DNA of 62,750 bases, counting the filler, from Choristocarpus tenellus KU-1152 (lineage: Eukaryota > Protista > Phaeophyceae), in NCBI GenBank assembly GCA_964200185.2. It is 10 parts of 10 records of this genome, joined end to end, with 100 filler letters (N's around TTAATTAATTAA, not from the genome) between each part and the next. Parts side by side here need not be neighbours in the genome. Positions count along the whole stretch, not along the records: positions 50,328 to 62,750 come from CAXNAD020001842.1; 9 more parts are not named here. The stretch is one strand, 5' to 3'. Positions 51,901-62,750 of this stretch are shown piece after piece (position 1 is the first letter of the stretch; each line of letters starts with the position of its first letter). The notes beneath the pieces were generated by a model. It had not been told where the DNA came from and ran no database searches. It saw only the letters and a program-made list of their open reading frames with translations. Both the position numbers and the translations under genes were made by a program.

Positions 51901-53630
51901 TTACGTCTGTTGCTCCATTTGTTTCAATATGATTTTGTGGTAAGGACTTGTGTTTGTGTGTGAGTGATGAGTCCCCGGAGCTACCTGCCATGCCTGTTGT
52001 GGGAACACTGTACTATTATTATACCCCACCAGCTGGAAGATGCAGAGGTATGCTATTGATAGATGTTTGTGGCCTACAGGCACTTGTGCACGCTCAAAAC
52101 TCCAAGCCGGTGGAACTAAGTCTTCCCAGGTATCATATGAGTTTCCGTCGTTATCACATAGTCAGGTGTTCAATGGTACACAAGTTCACATCGATGTGGA
52201 AACCGACTGACTGGTGACAAGGGGACTAAGAGCCTGAGGGAACCACATTGACAGCTGATAGGGGATAGCAAATGGATAGTTGGGGAAGAGTGTTCACCAA
52301 TTGTGTTTCGTGAGAAACAGCTTACATAGTTTCAAGGTTGGATACATATATCTACTTTATCTTTCTCTACAATCGTGCTGTGTGGTACAATAAGCCTTGT
52401 TTTTGCGTTGGCAGTGCAACAGATACACATGGTGCATTTTTACTGTATAATGTTACCACAGCAGCAGTGATACTTGCTTTGAACGCAAGGTAATTTGTGT
52501 GTGATACACTTTTCAAGCTTGTAAGTATTTTGCTGTTGACTAATAATAAGCGATTTTACTAATGTACTTAAAGATGGTATGCCTTTAGAACTAGCACACT
52601 GTTAGTAGTGACACACTGCCAGCAAAAAAGGAATTTTCATTGCAGGGAGCACCACGGGTTGGTGCTGATTGTACACTATTTTGAATCAAGCAGTGATAAT
52701 GTACTCTTCCATGTCCATAGAAACTCTTCCTATGATGTACTACTGCATAGTATGTGATTTGTCTGTGTGATGATGGATGTCAGAATTGCTTGTAAGAACA
52801 AATATATCGAAGTAGTAGATAGGACAGTATCTCCATCTTCATGGTACAGGAGGTACATGAGAGACTTGAGGTCTAGTCCATGCTGATGCTTGTAGGTAAG
52901 CAATCAACATATTAATACCAAACACATAAAATAATTAATGAATATCATGGAGTGCTGGTTTCTATTATTATGCTAGGTGTTGCAGGGATTTCTCTTTGAA
53001 TGTCATAAAAGATTTGATGCTTTGAGAATCTCAGTCACCTTTTGGGGGTTCTTAAGCCAATTTGAACACCCCACGCCACACTTCATTGCCAAAAAACATG
53101 TACGTGTATTTGGTAACACGTGATTGGAGAGTTCTTCCACAATAGACGAGTGAATGTGCGAGGTGGTGATGGTCGGATTCCTCGTGCAAAACAGGTCAAG
53201 TCGGACCTTTCAATGGCCTCAACCCACCAAAAACAGCTTCATGGTGCCTAACAAAACGACCTGTGGCTGCAGCTGTCTCAATGTGTTTCCTGCAAATGAA
53301 AGTACTGTCCGAGGTATAAAAGTCTACTCAGGTTGTATCATCATTACTGTTACTTCGCATTATATTTTGGTCCACTTTATTCTTTTCTCTGGTACTAGGA
53401 ACCTATACCTTGATCCTAGCCCCAATCTGTGGTCAGAGGCACTAAAACCTCTCATCGACTTCTCCACTGCTTTATCTGTCCCTTGGTTCTTTCTTGTTCT
53501 GTTTTGAGTAGAAGGGATTCCTAAAATATTTTCCCTGACACTTCCATTCCCATGCCTGGAATCCAGCTAACCCCTGTAGGGAGGGTGTAGCTGCAGAAGA
53601 GGAGACAGGCGTTCGTCCATGCAGAGCAAC

Positions 53631-53877
53631 AAGTGAAAGTATCTTAAAGGGTACGACTTTTCCCCTGTTTGTCCGTTTAGGGCTTGACTTGCCACGGGTT
53701 TTCTATGACATTTTCCTATTTCAGAGTAGGTCAAATGTATACGTTATCAAAAGGTGTGTCCAGAACAAGGATATTGACACTTCCTAACAAACACGTTAGT
53801 CAGAATTACATCAAAATCATAACTCTGGATTTTGCCCCCAAACAGAAGTGGATCTACCCTCTAAGATACTTTGACTC
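53631..53877 (+). mobile_element. MITE family 1
   Basis: AAGTGAAAGTATCTTAAAGGGTA...TACCCTCTAAGATACTTTGACTC; AAC (or CAACA) on both flanks. Confidence 0.85.
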
Positions 53878-54800
53878 AACAACAAATTGCCCTCCAGGGT
53901 GTTAGGAATACGTGTACTAAGAGGCAGTCACAGGGGCTACAGCCACTCAATAGCGCTCCCCTCTGGGATACTATGGCTCACTCATTATACCACCTCGACG
54001 CTTGAACCTTGGGCAGTACTTGCCTGGCTAAAATGGAATCTTGCCACCACGATTCATACAGGCGTACCTCTTGCCATGTGGTCCACTGAATGAGACTAGA
54101 TTTCTTTCAAAGGAAACAATAATGCCGCCCATAATGAACACACTCCTTCTGTTGGTAGTCTACTGCACTGAACGTTCTCTGTGTGTAGAGATGAGAGAGG
54201 TACCCACAGTACTTATCATGTCGACGCAAACATATTTGGACCAGTAATAGGTCCTTGTTTATGTAGTCTTAACCCTAATGCTAGCACTGACAAAGAGATA
54301 AATTCAATACAAAGTCAATGTAAACACAACAAACGATACATTATTATGACAATTTGTTGTGTATTATGTTGCACCATAGTCGCTGGTATTCCTGGTTGGC
54401 TAGGCTTATGGTGCTTGCATGATTGAGGTAACTATTGCTGTTTGTGTTGTTGTGTACTCTGGAGTATTTGAACACAAAATATTAACAATACATTTTTTCC
54501 AAAGTCAAAGAAGTTTTTGAGGGACTATGACAAAACACTGTTTTATTTGACATTGTAGTAGTACTATTGTAGAGCTCAAGAAAAAATACATTGGTTGAAG
54601 AATGTTGCCAGATGCTGAAGAAGGACTGCTGAGGGTCGTATCTTGGCATCCTCAGGGTGGGAGACCCCGCTTACTAACTGGGACGGACTATCTCTTATTG
54701 CACATCACCCCCCGCCCCTCTTAGTGTATCATATTCTACAACAATACTGGGCTGGCACTAGGAAGGACTCTTCTTGCAAAGACCTAAACTGATTTCACTA

Positions 54801-57800
54801 TCAAAAGGGCATCATGAGATGGCCAGTGTTTAGAGGGCTAAACGGATTAACCTTAGCCCACATGACAGCCCTGTTGATTCCCATGGTTGTCTCTCCGTCC
54901 TCCAGGGTATATTCTGCCTCCCTCAGTCCTGGACAGTGCGGATTTTTGCCTGCAATGGTCAGCAAAGCCGCAGCACCTCCCCTCTCCTGCCCAAATCCTT
55001 TCACAACTCTCGTACCCCCCATCATTGCTACAGCCCGTCTCCAAGGCCCTCTCTGGTGCCTCCTTGCGCTCGGAAGCCTTGACCCACTGACAACAATCTC
55101 TCCACTGTACCCCTCTCTCCCACTAGCCCACTGGTCCTCCTTTCCATGGCTGCTACCTGCGATTGCTCTTCGGTGTTCTCTTTTGTTTGAACTCCACGCC
55201 CTGAACATTGACCCTGACAGTGTTCCCTGAGTTGTTTTGTCTCTACCCCCGTTCTTGCCCTCTTCACCCTCCTCATCACTGTCAACCTCTTGTGACTCCT
55301 CTGATCCTGTTGATCCTTTTTCATCCTCAATGTCGCTCTTGGTCATCCCTACTGCTAGTCCACCGTTCCTATCTAATCCCAATAACTCACTACTGTTGCC
55401 AAGAATAAGAAGACGGTCTATTGCTGCTATGTTCTGGGTTGATAGGTCATCATCGTCCCGGATCTCTCCCAAGATAAGCAAAGCTGTTTTGTATCTCCTT
55501 GCCTCGACTTCCCCCCTCTCAACTGTGGGTTGGATCTTATCCTCCCCCACTCCCCCCGGTTCACTGCAATACCAACCAACCAGTTTGCGAACAGCTGCCA
55601 TAAGCAGCAACTCACGATCCATGCAAACTGGAAACAGCCTGCATTTACTTCCTCCTTCTGAGGTTGCAGCTGCGGAGGGTGCAGCACCCGCAGCTTGGAC
55701 ACAAGCAGCAGCGTTGAGGAAAAGATGTGCAGTGACAGCCACATAACCACGTGCCTCTGCCTCGAGTCCACCAGCAAAGCTGGCGTAGGCTAGCACCTGT
55801 GGGCGCTGAATGTTGGAAAATTGTTCCTCAAATAGGGGTCCACTGCCCAAAGAACGGATTACACCAAGAGCAGCAAGAAAAAGAAGGCGGTGCTGCTTCC
55901 GATGTTCATGTGAGTGCAGCCATTGCTTGGGCACCATATCCTGGGAAAATATGTTATGAAGAGCCTTCAGCCCCTCCTCCACAGCACGCTCGTAACAGCC
56001 AGCTAGGACAAGGCACCGCACTGCCTCCTCGTCCCTTCCACGTCCCAGTGCTGCTTCCGCCTCATCTGCATATGACTGGTTGCTCCGCATTCCAAGTTTG
56101 GCGAATTGTGCTGCACTGTCACCACAATTTCTTGACTCACTCAGTACTGAGGCTCGCACCGCCAAAAGGGTTGCTCCTCTCACCCCTGGCTCCTCACCTG
56201 CAGTAGCCATACTTTCGAGCCCATGAAGGCTAGTACGATTCCGAACTCCTCTCATTCTTTCATCACCACTGCTTCCCATGCCCTCATCAAGTTCAGCATT
56301 CTCAGCCTCAACAATGGGGGCACTGCGGAGAAGTTCAGAGGCAAGACAGGTATCACCCCAGGCTTCAGCCCGCCGGGACATCTCTCTGAGAATAGGACTT
56401 ATGACCCATGCCGGTAGCTGCAGGGTCCACGCCATAGCGTAGGCCACCTCAGGCTCATTCCCCCTAATCAGGAGGTCTATCGCCGCCAAACTCTCGCTGG
56501 TGCCTTTACTGTTCCATTTTGTCGTGACATCAGTGTTTCCCTGCTCAAATCCTCCTCCATTCCAAAGGGATAGAATGGAGGCAGCTGCCAGAACCGGCCG
56601 TGACTCTCGGTAGAAAACATCTGTTGTGTGGAATGTTAGCCTGTGGAGACCCATCTCTCCAATACCCCGCGTACTTTTTAAGCCGTCCCCTTCACTGCTG
56701 TTGCTATTTGCACTGCTATTGCTGCCCCAGCTGCCCCCATTATCCATAACTTTTGGTAAATCTTTCGTCTCGGCCTTTTCTTCACTTATGCTGAGCTTTC
56801 CCACCTCATTGGATCCCTGTTTTGTTGATTCAGAGTTGCCTTCTGCCTCCTCCAACTGTCGTTTGGACTCCCTACAAGTGCGGCCTTCAAGGATAGAGAG
56901 GAGCTTTGCCTCTCTCCCACTGCTTCTCTGCTCCATGCCGTGGGCCAGCAGACTGCCCCCTCCTTTGCCGTTTTGTACCAGTGTTGAACTCTGCCCCTCC
57001 TCCTTCTCAGAGGAGGAAGAAGGACAGAGGCTTTTTTGTGAGTCTTCTACCTTGGCAGCTGCAATGGGGTGGTGGTGACTGTAAGCACCAACTGAAACCG
57101 CCGCAGCTAGCGTCAATGCTTCATCAGCACCTCCTAGGAGGTTAATCGCTGACTCTACCTGACCACTTGCCAACAGCAGTGCAAGAGAATCCCCATCTTC
57201 CCCCGAAATACTACGTTCCCCGTGCACCCCCCTAACTGTGGAGAACTGTCTAGTGGACCTGAGGTGGTAGTGGGGACAGGGTGAAGTAGGGGCTGTTATA
57301 CTGTAGCGCCGTCCACCTATATCTCTTCGCAGAGTTGGGGGAACTAGGCTTGGTGTCGAGGTAGTTAATTGGGGATAGTATGCCATCAACGATGAAGAAG
57401 GGGGGGGGGGGAAGTTTTGACCAGCAGCAGTCATTCTCAGCATCTATGGAGTGAAGGGAAACAGGAAAGGGGCTCAGGTGGAGTAGAGGGCACAGAGTTT
57501 ATGGGGTTTTTTAAGATGTCTAACTACCATGCAAAGAAAATGTAGATCAAATTGTGTGTGTCTGCGTCTTTTTTGCACTTGAGTCGGCTTATTCCCACTG
57601 TGTTTCCACTATGGACCTTTCTGCAAGATCCCTCCAGTACCCAAATCCGACTCCTGGTGCCACAGCCACAGCATGCTCCCACCGCTCCAGTTTCATCATT
57701 GCTTCACAGTACCTATGTATCCAAGTTCAAGCTTGTGAGAAATGTCTTTTAAGGAGGCAACAGTAGCATGAGGTGTGTTGATGGAAGCACAATCATTTCC

Positions 57801-60800
57801 AAGTAAGGCAGGCATGTGGAAGGAGAACAGATTGAAAAATGACGTAAAACTAGGGGTGTATCTACTATTGACACAGGCATGGCACTTCAGTGAACAACCT
57901 ACCCAATAGGTGGACATGATCGATTTAAGGTAGCAGCACAATGAAACCTTCAATCCTGGCACCCGCCACTATACCTAGATGGTGCCCTCAATGGTGCTAC
58001 AAGTACGACATCACATCCTGGTGGATACTTTTAAGTATATATTTACCCCAAAGTAAGTTGTGCGGTTTTTATAACTGTGTGCTCTCACTATACCCTCAGT
58101 CTCCTCCTCCTATGATATGATGATATCTACTACTGACTCATCTACTACTGACTCATCCACCCCAATGTAGGTATTCTTAGTATATTTCAATATTTTGAGT
58201 GCTCCATTGCTAGTAGATACTAAATACAGACAACATGCAATCTGCATCATGGCAGCTTTGGTGAGAGTTCTGTGCCCATCATTGATCTCCTGGCTTGGAC
58301 CAGACTGACTGCATAAAAGAATTCATCATGATATAAGATGAAAAGAGAAGTAAATATGGGTGGTAATCCCCTGCATTCCTCTCTACAGACAAGGCGTAGC
58401 AGCCAGCGATGTTCCTCTCCTGCAATGTCAAGAAAAATCGAGGGGAATACATCGCCCAATAGGAAACTCTTGATGTCCTGCAACACATACTGTTCATCGT
58501 AGATTGCCAGATGCTCACACACTTACTGATTTCATCAACTTCAAATACTACTTGTATGACCAGGCCTCTGGTGAAGCATTATACAGTAGGAGAATATCCC
58601 AAATTTCATGTTCTGACCACTTCAGTTTTTGGTTGTCCTAAACCCTTTGTCCAGAGGATACAGTCTTGTGTGTGACCTCAACAGAGTGGTTTTTTGCAAC
58701 CTAAGCGAAGAATCATCAGCCAAGGTGGAAACGAGGGAGATTTTTTATTATTATTTCTGTTTCATGTTCGCCACTGTTGAAGAAAAAATGCATGTGAAAG
58801 AATAGAGGCAAGCTGATCACCCATGACATTTTCCCCATGGTGAAAGCTGCATAGAGCACCCCTTCCAATAACTAAGAATTCTCAATGCAGGGAAATGTTC
58901 ACGATTGTTCCCTATTCCGGTCAAAGCCCACACTCTTTCAAGGGTGAAAACACTCCCTCATCTCTCATATATCTGTTATTTACAGGGACACTAACTGAAC
59001 AAATGAAACGTTACGAGAACTCAACTGTCATTTTTTGCCAGTGTCACAGGGTGTGCTGGGGATGATGTAAGTAGAGCAAAGAAGACAGGGAACAAGAGAG
59101 GACTAGCACGGAGGGAATGAGTTATGCCTCAATTTCACCACAACATTTAACCATTCAGAGTCTCTGTTTTTACTGCCCCTACTGATCTCACCTTACTCAA
59201 GGTCCTTGCCCACACAACTCAATCCTGATATTGACAATCCTTTTTTTGGCAGGAGAAGAAAACAAGAAATTCACCTTTGTAGATCTCCCACCACAAGATG
59301 CAACCTAGCAGCCTTTGCTAGCCGCTCTGAACGATTCAATCTTCGGTCTTGGATGACAAAGGAAGTGACCTCTTCCAGTCTTCACATCCCTCATCCAGCC
59401 CAGTCCGTAAGCAGTGTTGTATTTGTCCATTATCAAGAGAGGACAAGTCCCCACGCAAGTGTGGTAACAAGTGACAAGACAAGGCACACAAAGCAAGGTA
59501 AAATCCGTCGCATGATAAACTCAGAATGGTTTTCAGTTACGTTTTAGTGTGCACATAATATCTGTAGGAAGAGTCAAAGGCAAGAGATCCAGTCTCAGGA
59601 CAGAGTAAAATCTGAGATTTTTTAATAGAGATCAACTAGAACATAGCCAAGAAAGTACTAGTACCGAGAATTTCACAGGGCGGTAATTCAGATAGGGGTA
59701 GGCACATCATGGTTCAGAGGGAAAACAAAGCTGGACACGAAGGATGAGGAGGGTGCTGGTCAGGTGAAGATCAGAGTTCACTGTTGGAGTGGGAAGAATT
59801 TGAAGGTTTGTTGAGATACGATAATCAATAGCCCAATTTGGATATATTTCCAAAGCAATAACCACTCTGCGCAACAAGCATTCCAATGATGAACAACTAA
59901 ATTTACATTTATTCACACCTTTCTGCCAGCAACGAAGTTGATGCAATCCTCATGTTCCTGTGTTTGACCCTCTCAGTGACCACCATCAGACCATTGGGGA
60001 TATCCTCCTTCCAAGAATGTGGCACTTTTCTTGCTCCATTTCGTACCACATCCCCCTCTGCCCCCATGGCTAACCCCAACCCATCTATTCCCCCAAGCTC
60101 TCCAGTTGCCCACCGCAACGTGTTCCAGAACTCTCCTACACCATCCATGGCCCCGAAAAAAGCGAAAATGCGTTGATAGGCTTCAGAGGTGCGCTCCATG
60201 GACTGCAGTTCAAGAAGCTCCTTGTTTAGGGTCTTCCAAGGTGATAGTGAAGGGAAGAAGGTATTACTGCTAGGTGATTCAATGTGAATGAGAATGTTGA
60301 GGCTTGAGTGAGTGACTAGGTTGGTGTGTGAGTTGTTTGGTACATTGTGATCAAGTGTTGAATATGGATTGAGTAACAGGTGGGTTTTGCATGATGGGAG
60401 GTGAGAAGATGGATGAATATGAAAATGTAGAGATATAGCAATGTGTGTGATGGCTATGAGAGGATTATGTTTCAAGGAAACAAACAGGGGTTTTGAGTGA
60501 TAAGTGACAGAATGCGCCCTGTTGTCTAGCCAAATTAATGGCCAATATTCCCTGCTCATGCGATGGAAGAAGAGGCAGGATGAGAACGGGTTTTTATTGA
60601 AGGCGGTGTAATCAGCAATAAACTTGACACCTTCCACACACCAGGGGGAGCGGAGCGACAAACCAATCATATCCTACATACTGGCACAATCTTGAAGACT
60701 GTAGATCACAAATTCCAGATATGCATTATGTATGTGAGGAAGGGCCACATTTTGAAAGGAGGCATACGTGTGAGAGGGAAGATTATGAAGTATATCAAAT

Positions 60801-62488
60801 TCTTAATCAGAAGCCTAGTTGCCTCTGAACTTTGCATTGAACTCACTCCCAACATCAAATTTGTCAGCAACCAGCACCTGAGATGTTGAGCCGCACAGGA
60901 AAGCCTCTGCATCGGTTCTCATGGCCTCAGGTGGAGAGGATAGACATCTCCGAAGATTGCGATCAATCACTGCTTTGGTCCTGAGGCTCGAAACAATGCC
61001 CTCCAGTGTGAACTGGACAGACATTATTCGGCATTTAGGATTCTTTGTGGAGAGGAAACTGCCCATCGCTCATCATGAAATAGGATAAGGTTAGGCATGA
61101 TTGAACAAGCTCGTTGTAGTGTTTTGCACATCACCTTCTCGCACTTGACAATGTCAAAAAAGTGCAGTAGTTGCACTGTATCTCATGTGTTGGTAGAGCA
61201 AAGCGTAAAATGCTATATCGTGAGGTTGAGGATGAAAACCCTTGCTTCAGCTCTCAAAAGTCCGATTTAGACCGAGCGATACCACATCAAACAGTACATT
61301 CTTTATTGAACTTTGAATCTGAAATAGAGTTCTCTTTTTACATTAGGACAAGGGTAAGGGTAAGGGTAAGGTTCAGTGATAAGGACATAGGAAGAGCAGT
61401 GTGAAACAAGTACTTGAAGGATCTGTAATTCTTCACCTACTGTGAGAAGATTATGCATCGCTCGGGCTGTGGCCGGTGCTGTGCAATAGGTCATATTTGA
61501 AATAGATTTAGAGTCGTGCTCTAGGGTTGTGAGCAGAAATGGACCGAAGGACTGTGGGATAGGATTGGTTGTTAGAGTACTGAGAGTGGTTGGAGTTAGG
61601 TCTTAGGTGTTGGTGTTTGGATCAATGTTATATCTGTGCAAATCTTCTACTTAGTCTGCGTAATGCAATGGTCTGAACACATAAGGCTACGGACGAGGCA
61701 GAAGGTTGTTGGGTAGCGCTGATGAGTCACAGGTAAGCATTATTTTCATATCTTCACCTCTGTCAGACACCTTACACAGCAGCGCCAATGTGGGAGGATC
61801 AAGAAAAGTTGGTCTTAATTTATATTTTTCGGGATTTGCTTGCGCTGCAAGCTGCAATAATAGCAATCTGAGATGATACCATAGAAAGTAGGAAAGAAAA
61901 AGGCATAAAATCACCAATATGGCGTGTTTTCAGGAGGTATGTGGTAAGGGATACATTCACGACTCAAGTGTTATATAGTTTGAAAACCAAAGCTCGGTTG
62001 AAGCGTCTGATAGTAGCGACCTTGCAGTAGCAGCCTTGCATCACTATAAACACACATTGATGTGAAGACCTGGATGAAAGAAATGGTGAGAAAATATTTT
62101 TGGTCACTTGTATTGGTCGATTTACCGAAATTCCAAGGGGTTACAGAAGTGAATTGCGATCTCCTCCCACCTCCAGTTGATCTTCAATAATAACTAATAT
62201 TGAAGTAAATAACATCAAATCGCACACACAGACACACCAAGGGGTCTAATATTATGGTAAACATGAGCAACAGAACAACAGGCACTTGTCCAGCAGGCGA
62301 TCCACAATGGTTCCCTTGACAAGAACTCGTTCAACACCCAAACACATACCTGCTATGAAAACAAGTCCAGCAGTCACACAAGCTTACCTGTCTGATGGTA
62401 GTGTCCCTAGACACGGAAGTATATAGGAAAGGTTTACCCTTCCCCACAGAAATTCCGTATACATCTGCCACGTGATCAACCATCATTG
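54801..62488 (-). CDS. WDR17: WD repeat-containing protein 17, 3' part (5' end outside window)
   Basis: Exons 62388-62488 (DHVADVYG..PFLYTSVSRDTTIRQ, WD40), 60878-61012, 59919-60232, ~59275-59326 (ERLAKAARLHLVVGDLQR), ~57618-57712 (YCEAMMKLERWEHAVAVAPGVGFGYW) and a terminal exon within ORF 54801-57443 ending LEDGETTMGINRAVMWAKVNPFSPLNTGHLMMPF*, the WDR17 C-terminal signature. Confidence 0.9.
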
Positions 62489-62558
62489 CTATGCATGCTC
62501 CCCCTGTGGCACTGGGCCCATTCTCACCCTTCCTTAGGGCTTCTCGCTCTTGCTGAAG

Positions 62559-62742
62559 GCTCGAAGTATCTGGGGGGTGGTGGTGGCTATCGATTTGGGG
62601 TCAATTTTTTCATGTCGCGATTTTTGTGTGATTTGGTTGAATACATGGGATGGATAATGGAAGTGCACTTTTCCTGGGCATGGCCCAAATGGGCACCCTG
62701 GTGTAGACCCCCCCCACCCACCCCCCCTCAGATACTTTGGGA
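62559..62742 (+). mobile_element. MITE family 2 (~185 bp)
   Basis: GCTCGAAGTATCTGGGGGG...CCCCCCTCAGATACTTTGGGA imperfect TIRs; CTGAAG on both flanks; partial homologues at 13793-13890 and 36940-36959. Confidence 0.7.
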
Positions 62743-62750
62743 CTGAAGTC

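Noticed and set aside
54814-57145. Plus-strand ORFs overlapping WDR17, and similar antisense ORFs over other genes
   Set aside because: Shadow frames of real coding exons with no independent motif support.
9531-62488. Apparent cluster of ciliary/centrosomal genes (CFAP91, ASPM, WDR17, calpain-EF)
   Set aside because: They lie on different contigs; co-occurrence is an artefact of concatenation.

Overview
Eukaryotic DNA, not a prokaryotic locus. The window is ten unrelated contigs joined by nine artificial 100-bp linkers (44 N + TTAATTAATTAA + 44 N), so adjacency across linkers has no biological meaning. Intron-rich genes, a plastid-targeted chloroplast sensor kinase homologue, ciliary genes and TTAGGG repeats suggest a photosynthetic stramenopile, probably a brown alga (inference). 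Spliced genes reconstructed by eye: a calpain-like/EF-hand protein lacking catalytic His and Asn, CFAP91 head-to-head with UBC9, CSK head-to-head with GET1, a complete PEX16 head-to-head with an unknown tail-anchored protein, and partial ASPM, RAB3GAP1 and WDR17. Mobile DNA: decayed Ty3/Gypsy and Ty1/Copia pol, a solo LTR, a decayed Sola2-like DDD transposase and three MITE-like families. I cannot prove a new biological system. The best leads are (1) strand-polarised telomere-like TTAGGG/CCCTAA motifs at intron ends, (2) a shared AAAGTAT motif linking two MITE families to palindromic repeats upstream of the transposase, (3) the pseudo-calpain, and (4) telomeric units inserted in register into a 45-bp satellite. 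All family assignments come from recognising motifs; no database search was run.
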